Of a stretch of DNA of 64,000 bases, positions 57,022 to 64,000 are shown in pieces. The position numbers and the translations under genes were made by a program. The notes beneath the pieces are model-generated. The model made no database searches. It saw only the letters and a program-made list of their open reading frames with translations, and was not told the origin of the DNA. The DNA is from an uncultured bacterium (GTDB lineage Bacteria > Bacteroidota > Bacteroidia > Flavobacteriales > Flavobacteriaceae): positions 1,537 to 65,536 of the forward strand of contig CAXBCS010000005.1 in NCBI GenBank assembly GCA_963974305.1. Direction: 5' to 3'. Numbering within the stretch: the first letter of the stretch is position 1; each line of letters starts with the position of its first letter.

Positions 57022-57636
57022 ATGCATATCGCCATTGCCGGAAACATTGGGGCGGGTAAAACCACCTTGACGAGACTTCTCGCCAAACATTATAAATGGA
57101 CCCCTCAATATGAAGATGTGGTTGATAATCCCTATCTCGACGATTTTTATAATGCAATGGAGCGTTGGTCATTCAACCTACAAGTGTATTTCTTAAATAG
57201 CCGTTTTCGCCAATTGTTGGAAATTCGTAACAGCAAAAAAAGCATTATTCAGGATAGAACCATTTATGAGGACGCCTTTATTTTCGCACCCAACTTACAT
57301 GCGATGGGTCTTTTAACCAATCGTGATTATAACAATTATAAATCACTTTTCGATTTGATGGAAAGCGTTGTAGATGCTCCAGATATTATGATTTATCTGC
57401 GTAGCTCTATACCGAATTTAGTTTCTCAAATTCACAAGCGAGGAAGAGAGTATGAAAACTCTATAAGTATTGATTACCTCAGCCGCTTAAACGAACGTTA
57501 CGAGGCTTGGATCACGGGTTATGCCAAAGGGAAATTGCTTATCATTGATGTAGACAACATCAACTTTGTAGACAATCCAGAAGATCTTGGTGAAATCATT
57601 AATCGTATTGATGCCGAATTAAACGGTTTGTTTTAG
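57022..57636 (+). CDS. deoxynucleoside kinase
   Basis: GNIGAGKTT P-loop, RWSF.LQ, QDRTIYED, LNERYE. Confidence 0.93.
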   Translation: MHIAIAGNIGAGKTTLTRLLAKHYKWTPQYEDVVDNPYLDDFYNAMERWSFNLQVYFLNSRFRQLLEIRNSKKSIIQDRTIYEDAFIFAPNLHAMGLLTNRDYNNYKSLFDLMESVVDAPDIMIYLRSSIPNLVSQIHKRGREYENSISIDYLSRLNERYEAWITGYAKGKLLIIDVDNINFVDNPEDLGEIINRIDAELNGLF

Positions 57637-58640
57637 GCAAGAAGGCCTATTTTTCTGGCGTGCTCTTCGGCAAAAGCACTTTTTTCAACCAGCACTGCTG
57701 GTGTAGTTCCATATTTTTTAAGGACACCCTCTACGCGAAGCACTCTCTTTTTGTGCTTAACACTGCGTAAATAAACCGCGAGTATTTGTTTGGGGTATTC
57801 TCTTGCGACTTCTAAGTAAATATCAACGTCATGTTCTCCACTATCTCCTATCAACACAAATTTTAAATTAGGGTAGGTTTTAAGAATATTTCGAATTTCG
57901 TGTTGTTTATGAGGTTTCTCAGGTTTGGGAGTTTTCTCAAAAGGCGTTCTAAAATCCCTTAGCAAAATGGGACCTTTGGGAAATTTTGCATTGCGCACAA
58001 AGGCTTCTAAATAATTATAAAGATTCCACGGACTATTACTCACGTAAAAAATAGGATTGGCGGCAGAACCTGATTTTCCGAGATGCAATTTTTGATAGAG
58101 CTCTGGAGCTCCTTCTAAGGAGGTTCGCTTCCCTACTTCCTTGAATAAAGTATTTACAATTACACGCCATTTGAGTAAAGAGGCAACACCCGTATGCAAT
58201 ATAGTATCGTCAATATCGCTAATAACTCCATATTCGGCAGTTTGGGCAGGAATAACCATTTCAAGGGGAAACTTATTCTCTCTCAGAACAACTAAACCTT
58301 TCTTTACATCGTCAAAACTTATAACAATCTGCACCCAGCCTTCCCTATTTTTCAGGCCGTTGAGTCCTTCCACTTTCTCGTCCAATTTAAAATACCCTTC
58401 GGCATCTGTAGTAGTGTAAAAAGTTCGTTCATCAGGAAGAGTCACTCGCAATTTAGCATGGCGCAATTCGTCACTAGCAAATTGCTTATAAGCATTTTTA
58501 AAGGCAGCCAGAAACCCTTTCTTTTTTAAGTTTACTCCTTCATTTTCAAGAGCACGCCCTACGATATATAAGTGATCGGAAGTTCCATAAGTTTGATAAC
58601 CATCAATTTGAATTGGGTCTGCTTTTCTCTTAAAAAACAT
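57633..58640 (-). CDS. App1/DUF2183 family phosphatidate phosphatase-like protein
   Basis: ISDIDDTI, FYVSNSPWN, FP.GP..LRDF, LIGDSGEHD..IY. Confidence 0.88.
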   Translation of the reverse strand: MFFKRKADPIQIDGYQTYGTSDHLYIVGRALENEGVNLKKKGFLAAFKNAYKQFASDELRHAKLRVTLPDERTFYTTTDAEGYFKLDEKVEGLNGLKNREGWVQIVISFDDVKKGLVVLRENKFPLEMVIPAQTAEYGVISDIDDTILHTGVASLLKWRVIVNTLFKEVGKRTSLEGAPELYQKLHLGKSGSAANPIFYVSNSPWNLYNYLEAFVRNAKFPKGPILLRDFRTPFEKTPKPEKPHKQHEIRNILKTYPNLKFVLIGDSGEHDVDIYLEVAREYPKQILAVYLRSVKHKKRVLRVEGVLKKYGTTPAVLVEKSAFAEEHARKIGLLA

Positions 58641-58743
58641 AAAATAAGTTTTTTAATAAAGATACAATTTTGAACCGTTTATTGCGAAATTTTCGCGCCC
58701 GCTTGTAGAGATGGCAAGAAATCTTTCAGAAAAAATCGGCCAT

Positions 58744-58779
58744 AAAAAAAACGCAAACTTCTCAGTTCGCGCTTTTTTT
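58744..58779 (-). terminator. terminator after the membrane PPase gene
   Basis: Imperfect hairpin flanked by A and T runs. Confidence 0.5.
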
Positions 58780-58799
58780 ATTTTAGGTAATACGGAATT

Positions 58800-61310
58800 T
58801 TACTTCCCTTCTTCTACTTCTTCTATTTCGAGAATAACTTCTTTCTTCCCTGCCTTTACCTTAGCGTCAGCTTCTTTCAAAGCTTCTACTTGGGCTTTCA
58901 CTTCTTCCATTGTTCCTTCAAAAACTTTCTCATCAACGGTTTTTTCACCATTAACTGTAGTGGTTGTTGTAACAACAGCTTTTGCGTTCTCACCTTCACC
59001 TGAAGTCATTTTAACCTCCATACGCTTTTCAACATCGGCGGTCGCATCACCTTCTTCTACAACTTTAAAAACCTGTCTTGTTCCATCATCAGCAATAAAA
59101 ACAGCTTCTTTTACTGTTGAGGAAGCAATACCTTCTTCAGCATGCCCTCCTAGAATAGGAGCAATTACCAATCCGATCAAACAGGTAAGCTTAATTAAAA
59201 TGTTCATAGAAGGTCCAGACGTATCTTTAAATGGATCTCCAACTGTATCTCCAGTTACTGCCGCTTTGTGGGCTTCAGAACCTTTATACGTCATCTCACC
59301 GTTAATCATTACACCTGCTTCAAAAGATTTCTTAGCGTTATCCCAAGCACCACCTGCATTGTTTTGGAAGATTGCCCAAAGAACACCACTTACGGTTACT
59401 CCAGCCATATATCCACCAAGCATTTCAGCGATAGCCAATTTATCCATACCAAAAATCATCGGCACAAATGCAATTACTAGTGGAAATCCAATAGTTAAAA
59501 GGCCAGGAAGCATCATTTCTTTCAAGGAAGCCTCTGTAGAAATTGCAACACACTTGTCGTATTCTGGTTTCCCAGTACCTTCCATAATTCCAGGAATCTC
59601 TTTAAACTGACGTCTTACTTCTTCTACCATTTCCATGGCAGCTTTTCCAACTGCATTCATTGCCAAGGCAGAGAATACAACAGGAACCATACCTCCTACA
59701 AATAGCATCGCTAATACAGGGGCTTTAAAAATGTTTATTCCATCAATTCCAGTAAATGTTACATAAGCTGCAAAAAGAGCTAAAGATGTAAGCGCCGCCG
59801 AAGCAATCGCAAATCCTTTCCCTGTTGCTGCTGTTGTATTTCCTACAGAATCTAAGATGTCTGTACGCTCACGTACGATAGGCTCTTGTTCGCTCATCTC
59901 CGCAATACCTCCAGCATTATCAGAAATAGGTCCAAAGGCATCAATCGCCAATTGCATCGCAGTAGTTGCCATCATTGCAGAAGCAGCAAGTGCTACTCCG
60001 TAGAATCCTGCAAACCAATAAGAAGCCCAAATCGCACCAGCAAATAATAATACTGATGGGAAAGTAGAAATCATACCTGTCGCAAGACCTGCAATGATAT
60101 TTGTTCCTGCACCTGTACTAGACTGTTGTACAATTTTCATGATTGGTTTTTTCCCTAATCCAGTATAGTATTCAGTTACTGAAGAAATCACAGCACCAAC
60201 TACCAATCCAACGATAGTAGCTCCAAATACTCTCATTGAAGAAATCTCCTTAAGACCTTCTCCAAAAAATTCCATATTCATCGTTTCCGGAAGCATCCAA
60301 GTACAAAGCCCAAAACAAGCTGCTGCTACTAAAATGATAGACGTCCAGTTTCCAATATTAAGAGCACCCATTACCTGAGACTCTTTTGCATCATTACTTT
60401 TAATTTTAACCAACATCGTACCGATGATCGAAATGATAATTCCAACACCTGCAATTGCCATTGGCAATAAGATTGGACCAATACCTCCAAAGGCATCATC
60501 AATACTTCCGCCCATATCTTTTATCACATAGTTTCCTAAAACCATAGCGGCAAGTACTGTCGCTACATAAGAACCAAATAAATCGGCACCCATACCTGCA
60601 ACATCTCCTACATTATCTCCTACGTTATCTGCAATAGTTGCTGGGTTACGAGGATCATCTTCAGGAATTCCTGCTTCTACTTTCCCTACAAGATCGGCCC
60701 CTACATCGGCAGCCTTAGTATAAATACCACCACCTACACGCGCAAACAAGGCGATAGACTCGGCTCCTAAGGAGAAACCTGCAAGAGTTTCTAATACAAT
60801 AGTCATATCTGCAGTAGATGTCCAAACACCTCCCATAAAGAAGTGGAAGAATCCAATAAAGAAGGCCGTTAAACCTAAAACAGCAAGACCAGCAACTCCA
60901 AGTCCCATTACAGTACCACCTCCAAAAGAGATCTTCAAGGCATCAGGTAAACTTGTTCGTGCAGCTTGTGTTGTTCTAACGTTAGTTTTGGTTGCGATTT
61001 TCATCCCAATATTTCCAGCAAAAGCAGAAAATATTGCTCCAAAAACAAAAGCAATGACAATTAACCAGTGAGTCGTAGGCACTACAAAAGAAACAACGGC
61101 CAACAAAATACTAACTATAACCACAAATATGGCGAGTAATCTATATTCTGCATTTAAAAATGCTAATGCCCCTTCATAGATATGATCAGAAATCTCCTTC
61201 ATCTTTCCATCTCCAGCATCTTGCTTCATTACCCAAGATCTTTTGACTCCCATATAAGCCAAACCTAAAAATGCCATTACAATAGGCATCCAAATCATCA
61301 TTGATTCCAT
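58800..61310 (-). CDS. hppA: K+-dependent membrane pyrophosphatase (HppA family), probably Flavobacterium johnsoniae-type H+ pump, with a C-terminal soluble tail
   Basis: GGGIYTKAADVGADLVGK, DNVGDNVGD, GNTTAA (Ala = K+-dependent), GDTVGDPFKDTSGP; GAES and ADLFGSY variants. Confidence 0.93.
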   Translation of the reverse strand: MESMMIWMPIVMAFLGLAYMGVKRSWVMKQDAGDGKMKEISDHIYEGALAFLNAEYRLLAIFVVIVSILLAVVSFVVPTTHWLIVIAFVFGAIFSAFAGNIGMKIATKTNVRTTQAARTSLPDALKISFGGGTVMGLGVAGLAVLGLTAFFIGFFHFFMGGVWTSTADMTIVLETLAGFSLGAESIALFARVGGGIYTKAADVGADLVGKVEAGIPEDDPRNPATIADNVGDNVGDVAGMGADLFGSYVATVLAAMVLGNYVIKDMGGSIDDAFGGIGPILLPMAIAGVGIIISIIGTMLVKIKSNDAKESQVMGALNIGNWTSIILVAAACFGLCTWMLPETMNMEFFGEGLKEISSMRVFGATIVGLVVGAVISSVTEYYTGLGKKPIMKIVQQSSTGAGTNIIAGLATGMISTFPSVLLFAGAIWASYWFAGFYGVALAASAMMATTAMQLAIDAFGPISDNAGGIAEMSEQEPIVRERTDILDSVGNTTAATGKGFAIASAALTSLALFAAYVTFTGIDGINIFKAPVLAMLFVGGMVPVVFSALAMNAVGKAAMEMVEEVRRQFKEIPGIMEGTGKPEYDKCVAISTEASLKEMMLPGLLTIGFPLVIAFVPMIFGMDKLAIAEMLGGYMAGVTVSGVLWAIFQNNAGGAWDNAKKSFEAGVMINGEMTYKGSEAHKAAVTGDTVGDPFKDTSGPSMNILIKLTCLIGLVIAPILGGHAEEGIASSTVKEAVFIADDGTRQVFKVVEEGDATADVEKRMEVKMTSGEGENAKAVVTTTTTVNGEKTVDEKVFEGTMEEVKAQVEALKEADAKVKAGKKEVILEIEEVEEGK

Positions 61311-61496
61311 ATATTTCTCTTTGTTTTTTGGTTATTTTTAAACAGTCGCTAATGTAACAAAATCAAAGCTAACAACAAAAGCCCCAATCCAGAGGACTGC
61401 GGCTGAGGGCTAACTCATTTATATTGTGAATTTTATACTAGAATTGAAAGCTCAGAATGTGCGATTAACACAGTACCCTAGGCTCTCTAATCAGTA

Positions 61497-62024
61497 TTAG
61501 TAGATGCTTACTTCACTGCGAGGCACATCACTATCTTGATATCGTTCAATACATTTAGCTACAATATCTCTAGCTTCATGTACATCTCCCCATCCACCAA
61601 CGTCTACTTTTTTCTCTTCAAGATCCTTATACACTTGAAAGAAATGTTCGATTTCTTTAATTAAGTGAGGGTTGCAATCAGAAAGATCACCTAACTTACT
61701 CGCTGAAGGATCAGATACAGGTACACAGATTACTTTCTCATCTGGGCCTTTTTCATCTGCCATGTGAAATACACCAATAGGCTTTACTTCAATCACACAT
61801 CCAGGGAAGGTAGGTTCTGTTACCAAAACCAATACATCCAATGGATCTCCATCAAGAGCAAGTGTTTCAGGAATAAAACCGTAATCTGCAGGGTACATCA
61901 TCGATGAGAAAATCATACGATCATAACGTATTTTTTTCAATTCAAAATCATACTCATATTTGTTACGACTTCCCTTAGGAATCTCAACCAATACGTCAAA
62001 TGTTGTTACTTTATCTGCTGTCAT
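61497..62024 (-). CDS. ppa: family I soluble inorganic pyrophosphatase
   Basis: EIPKGSRNKYE, YP.DYGF, DGDPLD, M.DE.G.D.K. Confidence 0.95.
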   Translation of the reverse strand: MTADKVTTFDVLVEIPKGSRNKYEYDFELKKIRYDRMIFSSMMYPADYGFIPETLALDGDPLDVLVLVTEPTFPGCVIEVKPIGVFHMADEKGPDEKVICVPVSDPSASKLGDLSDCNPHLIKEIEHFFQVYKDLEEKKVDVGGWGDVHEARDIVAKCIERYQDSDVPRSEVSIY

Positions 62025-62207
62025 AATATCTTATATTCTAAATCTTCTTCCCAGACCTTCCTTATTAGAAAATCTATAAAACGAAGATTTGATGTCTTAT
62101 TTTTACTTTCGTGGCTCGCCTGCTAGCAGCTAGCAAATTGAGTACTCAACTATTTGAAAATCAAACTGATATAGTCGATTTCACAACCAAACCCCCGTTA
62201 CGGGCTG

Positions 62208-62215
62208 CAAAAATA
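62208..62215 (-). promoter_or_regulatory. -7 element (TATTTTTG) for ppa
   Basis: Matches TAnnTTTG, about 180 nt upstream of the ATG. Confidence 0.5.
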
Positions 62216-62280
62216 CGGTGAAACGACGATTCAGCCAAGGATTAGCATGTTAAGTTTAGGTTAGAAAATCTAAAAGTGAC

Positions 62281-62312
62281 AAAAAATGACCCCTGCTCTC
62301 GCAAAGGTCATT
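62281..62312 (-). terminator. terminator after the DUF5686 gene
   Basis: AATGACC...GGTCATT stem with a T run on the minus strand. Confidence 0.55.
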
Positions 62313-62340
62313 ATATATGTATGGTTTGTGAATTTTACTA

Positions 62341-63999
62341 TTAAAAGTAGAATCCAAAAGAGCCCGTCACTCCGATCTTACGAGCATCAGGCAAACTATT
62401 GTAGTTTCCTCTAAAGTTAACATCTAAGCGGAATACCTTAAAGATGTTTCCAACACCAAAGCTATATTCGTAATACGGCTCCAAGGATGGCGCAATATCA
62501 GAAGGTGTAATAGGGCCTACCATCCCATCTTCAAATAGCAAACTTTCAAAGGCTGGTCTGTTCAAATCTATATTAGCTTGAGATATATTTCCAATCACTC
62601 CTCGAATACCAACAATCTCTCTTAGATTTAATTTCTTTAAGAATGGAATGCGTGAAAAAATTCGTCCTCCAAAATTATGCTCTATTTGTACAGAAGCATA
62701 TTTGTCTGTTGTGAATTCGTAGAAATTTAATTGACTATAGGTATTAAATATTGAGAACAAAGATTGATTTCCTGGAACCGGACTCAATAATGCCAATGGC
62801 ACTTCTCCAAAAGTCTTCCCTACTTCTGTAGACACACTCAGTTGTCCAAATCCACCCACTCGTATTCCTTTCTTAAAGGAAAACTGCAACTTATCGTACT
62901 CAAAATCACTTCCCAATGTCCCTTTTAATCCGCGGGTATAACTTGCAAAAATACTTGGAAACCATTCATTGGCCGTACGACGCTCAACTCCAAATCCTGA
63001 CGTCTTCTTTCCAGGCTCCCAAATGGTCGTAAACACAAGTTCTGCCTGCTTTAAGTCACCCGTTGTAGTGGTTTCTGTAGCATCTGTAAAATAATCCAAA
63101 CTAAAGGTCTCGGATGCCGATGCTAAAGAACGTAAAGATAGATCTGTACGGAACTTCAGATTCCGAACCGGCTCAAATTCTACTGCGACATTGGCCAATT
63201 CAATCGATGTCAACTTATCATTGGTAGCCGTATTCACCAAAGAAGATGAAGCTAAATTCCTTCCTAATACATCTCTTGAAGTGGTAAGACTAGCGCCAAT
63301 CTGCTCCACATCTTTTCGATATCCTCCTGAAATTATCAGTCGGCTTTTCTTATCAAGCAGCCACTTTCCAGAAAGTCCGTATTTGACTTTTTGATCCCTA
63401 AACCCATATGCTAGAAATCCTTCCAAACGCCATAGATCATTCTGACTAAAGTAGGTACGTCCACCAGTTCGAATACGCAATCCTTCTACTTCGTTAAATC
63501 CAAAGGTTGAGAATATAGGTCCGTAATCAAAATTCAAGTCCGTAAACTCATAATATCCCGAAGCCAAGACCGATCCTAAATTGTAAAGGTTTCTAAATTT
63601 CTTAACCGTTTTAAGTGTATCCAGCATCTTATAGACGCCCTTCTCATCATTGCTCAACTTTTCTTGTCTATTCTCATCCCAGAAACTATCATCCCTATTA
63701 TAGACATCCTTATCATAATTGTACACCTCTTTCTTATAGAAGTTAGGATCTATTTTTTTGTCAAATTCATAGTTGTCATATAAGGTAGTACGTTTTCCAT
63801 ACAGCCCTCTTGATTCTTCTTTCTTATTAAATACAAAATCAGACAAAAAGTAATCCCGCTTAAGTAAGAAGGTCGTATCGTTAACGATATCAAACTCCTG
63901 CTCCATATAGATTTCCTTGACCCAGTTAATATTGGCACTTTTAGAAAGCTGCATATTAATTTCCTTAATGGCCCAGGTAGAATCATTAACCCAAAAATC
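62341..63999 (-). CDS. DUF5686-type outer-membrane protein, C-terminal part (runs off window end)
   Basis: Frame open to the window edge; FNEVEG.R.R.GG, PY.E...GV.NIFK.FR.D...R. Confidence 0.8.
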   Translation of the reverse strand, partial: DFWVNDSTWAIKEINMQLSKSANINWVKEIYMEQEFDIVNDTTFLLKRDYFLSDFVFNKKEESRGLYGKRTTLYDNYEFDKKIDPNFYKKEVYNYDKDVYNRDDSFWDENRQEKLSNDEKGVYKMLDTLKTVKKFRNLYNLGSVLASGYYEFTDLNFDYGPIFSTFGFNEVEGLRIRTGGRTYFSQNDLWRLEGFLAYGFRDQKVKYGLSGKWLLDKKSRLIISGGYRKDVEQIGASLTTSRDVLGRNLASSSLVNTATNDKLTSIELANVAVEFEPVRNLKFRTDLSLRSLASASETFSLDYFTDATETTTTGDLKQAELVFTTIWEPGKKTSGFGVERRTANEWFPSIFASYTRGLKGTLGSDFEYDKLQFSFKKGIRVGGFGQLSVSTEVGKTFGEVPLALLSPVPGNQSLFSIFNTYSQLNFYEFTTDKYASVQIEHNFGGRIFSRIPFLKKLNLREIVGIRGVIGNISQANIDLNRPAFESLLFEDGMVGPITPSDIAPSLEPYYEYSFGVGNIFKVFRLDVNFRGNYNSLPDARKIGVTGSFGFYF

Positions 64000-64000
64000 T

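Noticed and set aside
58711-59610. 299-aa plus-strand ORF
   Set aside because: Antisense shadow of hppA with low-complexity Ser/Thr composition and no motifs
2330-63986. Many 60-150 aa overlapping ORFs in the track (for example 5479-5859, 30743-31114, 37594-37935, 52396-52770, 54543-54989)
   Set aside because: Alternate-frame or antisense to well-supported genes; no motifs or start context
1-64000. tRNA, rRNA, CRISPR array, integrase, transposase, prophage genes
   Set aside because: None recognised by eye; the palindrome copies are dispersed, not regularly spaced, so they are not a CRISPR array

Overview
A 64-kb chromosomal window from a Flavobacteriaceae bacterium, probably marine (inferred from gene families, TAnnTTTG promoters, T9SS plug and GLPGLI genes). 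Most of it is core genome: mnmD, ilvE, gpmI, map, apbE, nqrA-F, apaG, pruA, a SAM-I-controlled methionine operon (metY-metX-hom-metZ-like-split metH-metF), metK with a SAM-II-like leader, a GLPGLI/outer-membrane barrel cluster beside an OmpR-type two-component system, and membrane plus soluble pyrophosphatases. No tRNA, rRNA, CRISPR, integrase or transposase was recognised. Three things stand out. (1) A ~9.35-kb accessory block sits between nqrF and apbE, bounded by a 9-bp direct repeat that includes the nqrF stop codon. It carries a TMTC-like GT-C/TPR glycosyltransferase with its own amino-sugar pathway, plus a co-oriented six-gene unit: two uncharacterised proteins (one with an amphipathic beta-hairpin and an internal stop), a lipoprotein with a poly-Pro tail, a stand-alone 7TM protein, a sensor-less LytS-type kinase and a LytTR regulator. 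(2) The palindrome GCTTTCGCGAAAGC occurs in 8 perfect copies, mostly inside genes, and one degenerate copy is split by a 21-bp mini-palindromic element. (3) Three accessory genes are broken by single lesions. All family assignments come from motif recognition by eye; no searches were run.
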